Assembly (NCBI GenBank): GCA_965153455.1
Contig: OZ234494.1
Location: forward strand, 5,952,001 to 6,016,000
Direction of reading: 5' to 3'
DNA: 64,000 nt
Origin: Sphagnum compactum
Lineage: Eukaryota
The position numbers and the translations under genes were made by a program. The notes beneath the pieces are model-generated. The model had not been told where the DNA came from and did no database searches. It saw nothing but the letters and a program-made list of their open reading frames with translations. Positions 1 to 12,672 of this stretch are shown piece after piece. Position 1 is the stretch's first letter. Each line of letters starts with the position of its first letter.

Positions 1-474
1 GGTGGAATGAGGGGAGAATCCTCCAAAACGCAAAGGACTAAAACTTGGAGCAGCGGATGTGGGCAAGGGTTTTAAGAGGGCGGCAGCATTTGGGGGTTGT
101 TGTTGAGGTAAACTTGGGTATGCAAAAGTGGGCCGCAACGGCGGAGGGGCAATCTTATGCAACCGCGAGACAGCAGGCTTAGTGGGTGTAGGGCCTGGGG
201 CGGCGGGCGCTGCTGACAAAGCACCTCCCGAAGACGATGATGAAGGAGAAGTACCCGTTAGCTGTTGTACCAGAGACCTAAAATCACTGGGTTCTGTTTT
301 GTATATGTGAGGCGCTGGTCGTGGCTGCGTCACTGGCCGTCGTAACCCCTTAGCTATCTTGCTGGAAGCTTTGTTTACCGCCAGAGGCCCGGCACTTCGT
401 CCTCTCCCCCCACCCACCGCCACCTCTTCTACTCCTCCATCTGACACATCCATAGCCATAGGACCTCTTGACAT
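1..474 (-). CDS. VQ-motif protein (IKU1/VQ9-like), 5' part; continues beyond window start
   Basis: Manual translation from ATG at 474 (in-frame stop upstream) is open to base 1: MSRGPMAMDVSDGG...PLAVNKASSKIAK...PHIYKTEPSDFRSLVQQLTGTSP...SRLHKIAPPPLRP. It contains the FxxxVQxLTG VQ motif and an RLxKIxPPPL motif typical of the IKU1/VQ9 group. Absent from the ORF track because it has no stop inside the window. Confidence 0.92.
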   Translation of the reverse strand, partial: MSRGPMAMDVSDGGVEEVAVGGGRGRSAGPLAVNKASSKIAKGLRRPVTQPRPAPHIYKTEPSDFRSLVQQLTGTSPSSSSSGGALSAAPAAPGPTPTKPAVSRLHKIAPPPLRPTFAYPSLPQQQPPNAAALLKPLPTSAAPSFSPLRFGGFSPHST

Positions 475-578
475 AACTACCTTTTCCCCCGTACTATCTA
501 TGTCTGTCCCTCCCTCACTACTTCCTGCTTCCCAAATTCCAAACTCTTCCTCAATTCACAAACTTTTTCTTCTTCAAC

Positions 579-625
<47 letters not shown>

Positions 626-724
626 TCTCCCGGGTCGTCGGTCTTCCCTCTCCTCCCGTCCCCTTTCCTTTTCAACTTCGTCACCCCCGCAAGACGATTT
701 CGCTGCTACCCAAATCCCTGCAAC

Positions 725-1118
725 AGTCAATCAATACTACCTGCCTGAATTCACCCCTGAAACCAGAGCAAAAACTTCAAAACCATACCGCTGTTTCTGG
801 AGTAGAAATCACTTGCATAACAGATCAATTGCCCAGACACAGACACAGACTCTCCTCTTTCTCTGTCTGTCTCTCTCTGCCCTCTAACCAGCTCCACGCC
901 GGTCAAAGCTGTGTCTTTGACTGCAACGCACATGCCAGTGCTCATGTATGCATCATCTCAAAGGCATCGCGACTTTGAGTGTTGGCGCCCGAGGGCCCGG
1001 CAGACGCCAAGTTCGTGGCCATGCAGCGTGGTCGCGCACGGGGAACGTGGGGCCGTTCAGGGCAGATCACGGAAGCGTGCGCGGCGGTCACATGCTGCCA
1101 GAGAGACGGACAACGCGG
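725..1118 (-). promoter_or_regulatory. Putative VQ-gene promoter with W-boxes and CGCG boxes
   Basis: W-box cores AGTCAA 725-730, GGTCAA 901-906 and TTGACT 917-922. CGCG boxes (GCGCGG ~1079, ACGCGG ~1113) lie in a GC-rich island upstream of the (GA)n/(GT)n leader. Confidence 0.4.
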
Positions 1119-1221
1119 CCGCCGCACGGCTGCCGCTGCCGTGGCAACTCTTCTCCTCCTCACAGGAGAATTTCTACGCTATTTCGCACAGTTTTTTTTT
1201 CTTTTTTTTCTTTTTCTTTTT

Positions 1222-1545
1222 CTTCCTTGGTTGCTTGGTAGGTAGGTATCTAAGTAACTATCTTTGTAACAAAACGTGTGACTTGAGCTATACCCACCCA
1301 CCTATGAGCCCTTTTCTTTCTTTTCTTTTCTTTTCTTTTCTTTTCTTGCTGGTTGCTTGGTAGGTAGGTATCTAAGTACCTGTCTTTGTAACCAAATGTT
1401 TGACTTGAGATATACTTACCTACTTACCACCCCTTTTCTTTTCTTTTTCTTTCATTTTCTTCCTTGGTTGCTTGGTAGGTAGATATCTAAGTACTTACCT
1501 TTGTAACTAAACGTGTGACTTGAGCTATACCTACCTACCTACCAA
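1222..1545. repeat. Tandem repeat, about 3 copies of ~120 bp
   Basis: GGTTGCTTGGTAGGTAG(G/A)TATCTAAGTA...TTTGTAAC...TGACTTGAG(C/A)TATAC recurs at ~1229, ~1351 and ~1466. Confidence 0.8.
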
Positions 1546-1594
1546 CCTTTTTTCCCACTTGTGGTGATTGAAAACCTCCAATATCATTTCTTTA

Positions 1595-2010
1595 AATCAC
1601 CTGGTGGTCACCAAGGGTTTCACATTTTAGATGTGCAAGGTCATTTGGTGGTTGCCAAGTGTTTTGTATTTTAGATGCATAAGATCGCTTGATAGTCATT
1701 AGGCGTTTCGCATTTTAGATATGTGAAAAATGCCTGGAGACCACTAGGTGTGTCGCACTTTAGACATGTTAGAATACCTCATGGTTGTTAAGCTTTTGCC
1801 ATTTTAAATGCGCAAGATCCTTTGGTGGCTGCCAGAGGTTTCCCTTTTTAGATGTGCAAGATCCCTTAGTGGTTGCTAAGGGTTTTGCATTTTAAATGTG
1901 CAAGATCCCTTAGTGGCCGCGACAAGTTTCACAAAAGATGTGCAAGATCCCCAAATGGTCGCCAAAGGTTTCGCACTTTAAACGAACAAGAAGGCCTAGC
2001 GATTGCCAAA
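1595..2010. repeat. Degenerate ~41-bp tandem array (possibly CACTA subterminal repeats)
   Basis: About 10 copies of GTGGT(C/T)(A/G)CCAAGGGTTT..CATTTTAGATGTGCAAGATC next to the CACTA remnant. Confidence 0.75.
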
Positions 2011-2749
2011 TGTTTCTCACTTGAAATGCTTGAAAGACTTTGTTAATTTGCTTGTAATATATTGTAATGGTCGTGAAATATTTACAAAGCTTCAAATGCC
2101 ACATGGTTGTGTTGATTATGTCTAGAATTTGATTTCTTTCCTAGCACTATTGCAAAACATGGGCTTTTTGGCTACTAGCATTGTGACAATGTAATATGTC
2201 TGGTTTGACTAATAATGTCTAATATGACTAACATGAAAAATAGGCATGTTTGTTGTGACTAAAACAAACTAGCAATTCAGTCACATCAGACAATTGGGTA
2301 CAAATGTAGCATATGTGGCACCTATTTGGACTCATCTTATTTGACTAAGATGACTGAAATCAGTCATTGTAGGTTGATTAAGTGTGACTATAATGCAACT
2401 TTTTAATGAGGTGTCAATATGAAAATTGAAAAGAGATTATTTAAGTTTTTAAATAGTCAATTATTGAAAAAATGAAAAGACCATCGAATTATCAAGCGTT
2501 TGATTTATGTTTTTGATCATTCGTAGTAAATCAGAACTAGAGGCAGCAATGGAAAACTAACAAAATGCATATGAAAAGTGAGAAAATGGAAGATTAAAAC
2601 TGAAATTTTATACTAAAATGGTTTTCTGAACTTTGATTACTTATGCACTAGTGTCCAAGTTTCATAAATTGAATATATAAATGTCTAGCTCCAAACTAAA
2701 TTAAACAACAAGGACGATCCAACAATGATTGACCATCCTTTATGTGATA

Positions 2750-5700
2750 AATTAATTACCATCACTGCCACAACTTGTTGTAGATTGCTCTACACTGTCT
2801 ACTCCATCATCTTCCCCTTCATGAGCAACCAAATCTAAATTTAATGGTGCAATAGTAAAACCGCCTATAATTGTGGCAGGTTGAATGCTCGTCAATGGAA
2901 ATAGGAGCTTATAGACTTGCATAATCATTAATGTTGTCAAATCGGAACATATCAAATTTCATAATGTTGGTTTGAATAGTTTCAGTTATCCGTCTTCCAT
3001 GGGGATCTTTTCATAGTACCACCTTCCACCCCTTTTCTTTTGGGTCATTTAACAAAAAAAATTGCTACATGTAGGGGGAAAGAAAATGATTGGTCTAAAA
3101 TGGGAATAAGGGATGAAAAGTTCACAAGTGTGAAGCCATATTCATCTCGCTTAACTATTGCATTAATCCTAGTGTAGTTTGTTTTCACCCAATTGCACAA
3201 CAAGACAACTATGTTGAGCACCCCATAATTTAGTTCCAATATCTCTTCCACCCGACTTACATATTCCAATTTTGCAAGAATTGGTCTTTGATCATTTGGG
3301 TCTGATATGCATTTTTGTTCAAAAGTTGCCACCACACCACAATCACTTGTTAGATTTTTTTAGCACTTGCAACACAAATCTGGTTGCCATAAGCATACAT
3401 GGCTTGATCTGACATGGCATCCAATGTTGGAGGCATGGACATGATATGCACTATGTTTTTGTCAATTGTGTCCCCATCATTGAAAGCCACTACAATGGAA
3501 GCTCTTATCCATGTTGCAAAGGGGGGCAATGGAGCAAGGTCATTTGGGAACATATGATTTCTTGCCCAAGACTGACCTTGAAGTAGCAAAAAATTTCTTC
3601 TCTTTTGATTTTGAATCTTAATTGCTAGAGAATATTTCCTACCAATACAACATATAACACATAGTTAACCTTTACAACTTTTAAAATTTTCTAAAAATTC
3701 AAATTGCCAATATAAAATTATGAAACAACAAGTGGTTTTAACCTATAGCAACAACAACAATTCTTGATAAATTGAATGGTGTGACCTATCTAACACATAT
3801 TTTTAAAAAAATTATGCAACTTGATTATTAAGATAATTAAAAGCAAACAATACATTACTCACACCATGTAGCCATTAGTCCCACATTTTGAAGCATAAAA
3901 GAATGGGCCATGTCCCAAAGGTTTACATGAGTCATAATTCGTGGACACCCAACACCTTCCAACACCTCATCAAGCATGGAGGGGTCTTCTTTGTCATCCC
4001 ACACCCTATGTCAGCTTGTGGCTGTAAAATCCATGAGATACTTAGTGCAAAACCCAATCGCTTCCTCTATTGCATATATTTTTGCCATACTTGCTTTGGG
4101 TTTTGTTCTATTTCCCACATATCCATTTAAGGTTTTCAAATACCTTTCAATAGGATACATCCACTGAGTTTGGACTAGACCACATAATTCAAGCTCCTCA
4201 ATTAAATGAATGAACAAATGTGTCATGACATCAAAAATTGAAAGAAGGAATTCTTGTTTTAACAAGGCTAATGTGATTACCACTTCCTTTTTCAAGTCCC
4301 CCATCATTGCCAAATCCACAACCTTGGCACATAACTTTTTGAAAACCCAACACAAGCGAATAATTATCATCTTGCATTCCTTATTCATAAGATGCCTCAT
4401 GCATAAAGGCAAGATTTCTTGCATCATAATGTGGTAGTCATGTGACTTAATGCCCTTTAAATCTTGGTCCTTGATTCTCTTCTTGAGTGAAGAGACATAA
4501 TGTGTAGGTGCCTTCAAATCTCAATGATTTGGATAAACCTTTTTTTTTTCCTCATTTGTCAACACACATGATGCTGCTGGTTTAATGAACCCACAATCCA
4601 CAACACCAACTTGTAACCACAAATGTGGTTGGATGTTGCATTCCTCCAAATCTTCCCAAACTGCTATTGTCCTTCGTCCCAAATATGGTTTTCATCACAT
4701 TTTCACAAAAAAAAAATTCACGATGCATCACATCTAGTGTCTTGTGAATGAACAAACCCTAGCCAACAAACAACTAAATGAGATTAGTGTCGTTTTTAAA
4801 TCAAACCCTACCTTACCTTACTAAAGATTGGGCTATGCTAATGTAAACAAGTAAATAACACAAAACTAATTGTGATTCAATGGTTTGGTTGAAGGAGACT
4901 TACCTCCCAATATGGGAGTTTAAACATGATGGAATGTCGTTTAATGCCATGTTTGTGTACATGATCATGTTTTGAACTAGATCTATTTCATGGACCTTGT
5001 AACCACACTTCTTACTCCTTGTCCCATTTCATGGTGTTTGATGGAATTACTTGCACAAGCACCACCTTGTTTTTTGTTTTCCCATTGAAAGCACATTGAA
5101 CCTGTTGATATGGATGGGTTTGTGGCAAATACTGTCGATTCCCACAATAAATGATTTTTTTCAATTTCTTTGAATACCGCGATTTTGTAGTTGGGCCACA
5201 AGTTGGGCATCCCACGAGACCTTTGGTAACACATCCTGCAAATAGCCCATAGGTTAAAAAGTCATGGATGCTCCAAATGCACATAGCCCTTAAATTGAAC
5301 GTTGCCCCTTAGAATGAATTAAAAGCTTTAACACCTTGCCACAACAACTATAACTCCTCAATAAAAGGCTCTAAGTACACATCCACATTTGCAACTATTA
5401 TTGATTCCTTGCCAAGAATTATTAAAGCCAACATAAAAAAGTAACGATTTGTTACTAACCAAGGGGCCAAATTGTAATTCAACAAAATTACTAGCCATGT
5501 AGAGTGACAAGAATTCAAGTCTCTAAATGGGTTCACCCCATCTAACGCCAACCCTAATATAATGTTCCATGTTTTTGTCGCATATTTAAGACCACTTTTC
5601 AAAAATGTGTTTCCAACTCCTAAAATCCAACATACTCTGATTTAGGCCATCTATGCTTGCTCCATCTTTGTGCCAAATCAATAATTCTACCAAAGTTTTG

Positions 5701-6000
5701 CACCTATACACCATAATAACATTGGAATCAAAGGGAAATGTTGAAGCACTTTCCATGGAACATATTGTGATTCTTCCACATACTTGTTGGTATTGCACTT
5801 GGGACACACTCTACAATCTTTCAAGGTGCCTTGAAAAAACACACAACCATTAATGCAGTTGTGAATGGAATCATAACTTAAACCCAACTCTTTAATTAAC
5901 TTAAGGGCCTCATAAGTTATGGTTGACATCTTGTTCCTTTTGGTAGTAACTTTATCCTCAACAATGAGGATAATTCGTCCATGAAAATATTGCTAACCCC
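2750..6000 (-). mobile_element. Decayed CACTA (En/Spm) transposase (Tnp2/TnpD-like) remnant
   Basis: Fragmented minus-strand ORFs carry Transposase_21-type motifs (LALDGVNPF...STWLVILLNYNLAPW; SIHDF..YG..GC.TKG..GCPTC), DUF4218-type motifs (KSHDYHIMMQ; WMYPIERYLKTL) and a DUF4216-type segment (YVSRVEEILELNY...VVLLCNWV...RDEYGFTLVN). Many stops and frameshifts. Confidence 0.88.
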
Positions 6001-9000
6001 ATAATAGGGCATACTAGTATGCATCCTTTTAGATTTTTTGTTGATTCATATGGTTGGCCTATGGTGTAGTACAAAGTTTCACCCATAGATAATTGTGGAA
6101 ACCTAATCCTGATGGATCACCGAGGTTGCCTATTAAAGTCCCAAGCCATGTTCCATATCACCCAATTTGGGGCAATGATGCATAAAGGTCTGTGGAAAAA
6201 AGAAAAGCTTATCAATGTTAGATTATCCAAGTATGAGCAAGGCATTGAGCAAAACGTAATTTACGCAATGAAGATGATTTTATATGTGAAATGTTGGGAG
6301 GATATTCGATCACATTTGTTAAAATCTTTGCTTCCTCAAAGTTCCATTCTTCTAAAGGGTTTTTAGCCTTCAAGCAATTGGAGGTTTAATTATGTTAAAG
6401 CTTTGTTGCCATCGACAATGGAGGTCGTCGATTCAGAAGACCCATTCATGCATCCTTATTGTGGTATCGACAATTTGAAGTTTTTTTAACACACACCTTG
6501 TTTAAAGATTTCAACAATGGAGATTTTGTTTTATGTGAAGCCGCATGATCCTATCTTTTTCCCTATGTGGATGGGAAGAATACAAAGTGATGTTGTCAAG
6601 GATGATCAAAATGAATTTTTCAAAATGGTGAAGGTTTAGTGGGGGTCCAAATGAAAAAAGGTCAAATTTGGATGAACGAAATTTGTATGAAGATTGATGG
6701 AATGGAAAGTAGAAATAGAATTTAATATATGTAGAACAATTTTGTTCTTTTTTTTTGTTTGAAAAAATAGAACAAACAAAAGTCAAATTACTATTCTTGA
6801 TAGTTGCACTTATTAAGCTAAAATGAATTTTGAGGTTGTTAATGCATTGAGTGATTTGTGAAGTATGTTGATAATGTCAATAAAACATTGGTTATTTTTC
6901 AATTTTTTTTAATCATTCAATTCATTTCACTTTTGTTTTTATGTTTTGGATGCATTTTTGGTCTTGTTGTGTTACTTTATTTAAGTAATTTAGTTCTAAA
7001 AACAATTTATTCACCATTTAGAAAAATATGCATAATTGATAATTGATTTTTATTCATTATCAACATTGGTGTCCCTTGTCTAAAATTTCAATAATTGCAT
7101 TTTTGGTTGAGACTAAAATTTGGACCTTTCATTCTTGACATTAAAAATCAATAATCTATTATGTTGCACCTGGTGGCCACTAAGCGCAATGGTATATAAA
7201 ATTTGAAACTAATAAAATATTTGTTTTGTTACAAGTAACATTTTTAGATCTGTAGACATTGTAGCCATTGTTGGAATGGCATGGCGACGTTTCTTTGAAA
7301 TTCAAAGATTTTTTTGAATTTATTTTTGTCACTAATGGGATCATTGACCGATGGTTTTCATTATCAATAATATATAATTATTATATATATCACCTAGTGC
7401 TAGTAGGTGGAATATTTTTTTCATAATATATAGAATGTGAAACTACTAATATATTTGTTTTAATATGAACATCATTTTAGGATTCATAAATGGGTCCAAC
7501 CACACTATAAGGAGCCACATGTGCCCCTTTAGACCATTGTTTTTTTGAAAAATATTCTTAGAATTTTAAAAATGTCTTTCATAAAAAAATTAAAAATTTT
7601 AAAAGTTTTTTTGATATTATTATGTTAAGGTGCATAGTACAAAATATCCCAAAATATGTTATAAAAAATATTTTCAAATTATGTTTTTAGTGTCAAAATT
7701 GTTTTTAAGTAATGGTTACAAGTCTTTTAAAATGTAAATTACGTATTTTTTATTCATTAGATTGAGTTCAAATTTTTATGATTTGTACATAATGTATTCA
7801 AAATAACATTTTATAAAAAAGTTATTCTATTCATAATTTATTTTTGCAATCCAAAATTCAAAAAATTAAGCAATGGTTACAACTATTAATGGTACATGTT
7901 AGTATGACTGCACCCAAACATTATTGCCATTGTTGGATTGGCATGGTGTCCCTTCTTCAAAACTCAATTATCTTTGTGACTAAATTATGCTTTATGTTGA
8001 CTTTTGACTTTCATAATCAATAATGTATTATGTTGCACTTGGTGGCCACCAAACAAAATATTGCTTTCATAGTATATAGATTTTGAAACTACTAATACTA
8101 TTTGTTATAATACAAGTGACATTTTTTGATCCATTGTTGGATTGGCATGATGACCTTGGTTTAAAATTCAAAGAATTGATTTTCTCATTGTTAGATGGAT
8201 TAGAAATGTGTTGTACATGTCCCATGAAATTGATATGGATTCTTTTAAGCAGTCACCATTTTTGGAACATTTTTCAGGTTTTGATTTTTTGCACATGTCG
8301 TATATCATTTCCCTCTTTCATTATACACAATGTGTTTGTTCATGTTATTTTTTGGAAATTCTCGATGACATTGTCATGTTTACAGAATAATAAACTTACT
8401 TAGACATGCATTTAAATGATCACAAACTTGTTAAATCAAATGGCCGTCAAGTGAAGTCCATTGCATCCACTAGGTTGTCTAAAGTCTTAAATTAAGAATT
8501 CAGTCTTAAATTAATTAAATTTCTATTATATCCACCAAATGGACAATTATTATACTAAATGGGTGATCATCCAAGTATTTAACATAAGTGTCAAAATGTG
8601 TCAAAACATTTTATAAGAAAGAAGATATTACACATGTTTTTGCAACCAAAACAATGAGGTGCCTTTGGTCACTAATAAGTCTGATAAAAATTGTCTAGCC
8701 ATGTCAACCAATATGTATGTACAAATGAAACTCACCATGTACATCAAAATGTTAAATTTCGTTCGCAACAAATGACACATATCAAAACTTCTAAATGGAT
8801 GGAATTATTAGCATACAAAACTTCAGTCATAGTGAATGAAAGCTGACGATGTGGATTTGTTGTCACGAATGAGTGAAATTCATGTAATTAGAATTCATCG
8901 TACAGATGAAGTGGGAATTTATGGACAAAATGATAGGTGGGATCTCAAAAATAGTGTAGATGATAATACCCTTTCACATTGGATGAACTTAACAGCAAAG

Positions 9001-9412
9001 GACAATATGACAAAATAGACAAAAATAAATGAATTGACTGAAGTTTAATGATATGGATGAAACAAAACCACGTGGATGAACTTCATCATGAAGTCAATGA
9101 AATTGACGATGTGTCAAATTGGACCTTATGGTACCAGTATTGTCATGTATGGAATTCCACATGTGTGGTGAATGTATGGTGGTAATGGTACATAATAGGT
9201 ACCTCAGTAAATTTGTGTATTTGAGGATGTGTATTTACATTTTAAGCAAGTTATTGTATTTGATTGGTTGTACATAATTAATATTATATTATTTTTTGCT
9301 TTGAATTATATGTACTAGTTAAATAAATTAATATTATATAATACTCTTTTTTTTGCTTTAGTTGTGTATAATGGAAATGGATCTTGTCTCAAACCAAGTC
9401 AGCATTAAATTA

Positions 9413-11366
9413 CAGTAGAACCTCTGTATAAAGTACACCCTATTTCCTCCAAAAAAAAATTGTTTTGTACCTTATAGAGTAGGTGTACTTTATGTAGAAA
9501 AACCCTAACCCTAGGAAGAATCCCTAACCTTCAACCCAAAATCTGAAACTCTTGCTTTGTTGCAATTGTAGTTCTCTAAGTTTATTCGATCATTGAAAGT
9601 ATTCATGTATCTTTGATTGCTTTAAAGCAGAATTATAAGGTCTTTAAGAGTCGCATTCAAGCTAAGTAAATCGAGCTCCTCACTGAAAAGTGAATGCACT
9701 TTCGTGAACGAAATCAATTGAGTTACAATGTTTCTTGATTCTGCGATAGAAACAACTTTTGGAACCTCAGGTTGCTCCAAGTCTTCTAATTCGATCGTTA
9801 TTTCTTCTACTTCGTCGTCATCAGCTACATCGGTGTGCTCTTCAACCAGTTGACGGATAAGGTTTTGTTCCTCAACAATCTCGAATTCTGGTAACTGTTC
9901 CTCAATGACAAGATTGGGTCGTGGGATGCCGATTCTAATTGCAAGCGCTGCGAGCTCTTCTTCTTGTGTAACAATCTCATTGAGCTCTTGAGCCTCTTCT
10001 CCATTGATAACAAAGTTGCATTTAGAGAAGCACTTTTGGATTGTTTCAGCTTTCACCATTAACCATGATTTGTTAATGAATTTGATTGCGTCTGAAATAG
10101 TCAGCTTTCTAACAAGGTTTGATGCATGTAGTGAATCATTGATGTTGTCTAATATGGACAGGACTTCAAATTTCCGGGACAACACCTTCAGACTTCGAAT
10201 GATGCCAGCATCAAGGGGCTGGAGCACTAAGGTCAGATTTGGTGGAAAATAGCGCAGTTCAACGTGCGTAAGATTGGTGGCCTCATCAACAATATGCACT
10301 GGAGCGTTATCCAGAAAAAGCACAATCTTGCATCCTTTTTTCTTGAAGTATTCATCAAGCTCCTTCAGGTACTAATTGAAGATTGGATTCATCATCCAAG
10401 CTTTCGCACTGTTTGTATACTTGACTTTCAATTTGCTCATGTCTCATCCGCGAAATGTTCTTGGGTTCTTGGATTTGCTGATTATCCATGGCGGCAATTT
10501 CTCTCCCAATGCAGAACACGTCAAGACCACTGTGATTCGATCCTTTCCTTGTTTTCCACCCTTGCACGACTGCTTGACATGACTTAAAGTTGAATCTGGG
10601 AGCGCACGAAAGAAGAAACCCGTTTCATCCATATTGAACACGTTTTTCAGATCATATCCAATCAGAAGAGTTTTTAAAGACGATTTCCATTGTTCAGCGC
10701 GTTCAAGGTCGACATTTCCAGATTCTCCACTAATCTTATACGATCGGACATTGTTACGTTGTTTCCATTTCTGCAGCCACCCTTCCGAAGTTGAGAAGTC
10801 ACCACCTTCGACTCCCAGTTCGCTAGCAATTTGCTTGGCCTTCCCTTGCAAGATTGGTTTGCTTATCGGATATCCTCTCGCACGAGCTGTTGCGAACCAT
10901 CTCCATAAGATAACATTAACGTCGCTCTGCTTGACAATTCTTGCTTTTGATAAGGAACGATTGCTTTCTGCTTCCTTTAGTATCAAGTATCTGTTCTCTT
11001 TAGCAGCCTGGACTGTTCCTTTGGAAACGCTGAACTTATCAGTAGTAGCTCTGATGCTATGTCCCTTATCAAGATGCTTGACGATGGCCAGTTTCGTATT
11101 TAGATTTCCACCTTCCGCTTCTTCTTCTTAGGCTCCATTGTCGGCAAGAACAATCAATGCCAAAGAGAGACAGATGTACCTTATACGGAACTGCGTGACC
11201 ACTCCGTGGCCTCAGGTTGGTGTACTTTCAATACCTAATGGAGGTGTACTTCTTGTAGAGAGGTTTGAATATAGATAAATAAAGGGGTTTGCGCTATTTT
11301 AAAATTTCTGTACTATTTGCGGAGGTGTACTTTATATAGGCTATACCTTATAGGGAGGTTCTACTG
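9413..11366 (-). mobile_element. Full-length pogo/Tigger-family (Tc1/mariner superfamily) DNA transposon, 1954 bp
   Basis: TIRs CAGTAGAACCTC.. at 9413 and ..GAGGTTCTACTG ending 11366 (~26 bp, imperfect), flanked by a TA TSD (9411-9412, 11367-11368). Encloses a CENP-B/pogo-type transposase. Confidence 0.95.
9622..11138 (-). pseudogene. pogo/Tigger DD32D transposase, disrupted
   Basis: ATG 11138 MEPKKKKRKVEI, then a frameshift into the HTH (LNTKLAIVKHLDKGHSIR..). CENP-B-type HTH (LWRWF..ARARGYPIS...SEGWLQKWKQR). Catalytic FNMDETG / LFLDNAPVH / LQPLDAGII with 32 residues between the last two Asp. Two in-frame stops (TGA ~10444, TAG ~10372); stop at 9622. Confidence 0.9.
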
Positions 11367-12487
11367 TATTTAAAAAAATGACCGGAATCAGAGGGTTTCA
11401 GAAATCTAAAAAAATGGTTTCAAGACTAGATCAAAGATTTCATCAAAAAAATAAAAAAAATAAAAAAATTGAGGTCAAAGGCTACTTATGAAGTCAAGAA
11501 CTGGACACCACTAGTTTTTTCTAATTCGGGTTCCAGTTTTGGTTATAGTATGTAGAAACCAAGAACTAGAACTAATAATTAACTAGGGCAATTGAACAAT
11601 ATGCCTTGAGTGAACCAACACTTACACTAGTATCATGGCAAAAACTAAAAACTCCAAAGTTTATGGGTTGCTTCTAAACATTACAAATAGGTAAGAGTCA
11701 CTTTAGATGAGGGTCCAAGGTACTAGGTCCAATGAAATAGAGCAATCTTATCGGGTGAGAGCCATGAATCAGACCCCATGGCCTTTAGATGAGGGTCGAA
11801 GACCAAAAAGTGGCAAATCAAAGCTAAACTTACATCACAAATTGAAGCTAAACTTACATGGCACCATTGGTGGAGGGAAAATCATTTGGTTCAAACCCGA
11901 AAAAAAAGAGTTAAAAAGGATAAATAGCTCATGATTTGAAGAACCAAGATGCAAGCTAAGGTCCAAGGCCAAGGTCCTACTCAAGGATTCAATATGCTTT
12001 AAATGGATCCAAATTGGTTCCTAGGAATTTGGACCTTAGACCCATGGAAAGTGGGCCTGAATATAAAAGTGGGCCACAATGGTGCCATGTAAGTTTAGCT
12101 TTGATCAGGGTATAATCAAGATATAAAGCTTCAAATTTAACATTTCTCAAGTTGAATATATAGCAATCTAAAGGTGCAAAATTCACACTTGGTGTTAACC
12201 ACTTTAATAGTATGTCCCCTAAAACCAAGCTCGTCATTTAGAATCTAAACCTATTTACCACGAAGATTTATGTTAAGTTAACATGCACTTAATATTAAAT
12301 AACACCCACTTAACATTGGGTGCCACCTAAGATGCCATCTAGATTTTCACCTAACACTCACTTAACATTACATACCACACAAATGGATGAAAGTTGTTAG
12401 ACTCTAGAAAAGAATTTCATTTGGTTAAACTACTAGGTAGGTAGGTAGGTAGGTCCAAATCCAGTGTTTGAAAAGTTGTATGCAACA

Positions 12488-12672
12488 TGTGTAGGGTAAC
12501 ACCCGAGGACTTGGGTGATCCTGAAATAAGGGGACCTTGGCCTCGGGGGGACCATGTATTTCAAGAATGACCTAAGCCTCGTGCCCCCCTTAATTTGGTA
12601 ATAGCCCTCAACCTAGGGCTTTACCCTACACAGAACTCCCTCCCAATAAGCCAGGAGGGATACCTTACCCTA
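12488..12672. mobile_element. Small palindromic MITE-like element (family shared with 21829-22019)
   Basis: TGTGTAGGGTAA...TTACCCTACACA inverted pair, an internal imperfect hairpin at 12505-12581 and a distal TACCTTACCCT. Confidence 0.5.

Noticed and set aside
359..1363. Plus-strand ORFs of 129 and 150 aa near the window start
   Set aside because: They are antisense to the VQ gene or run through its promoter and microsatellites; no recognisable domain.
10634..11131. 165-aa plus-strand ORF
   Set aside because: Antisense shadow of the pogo transposase.
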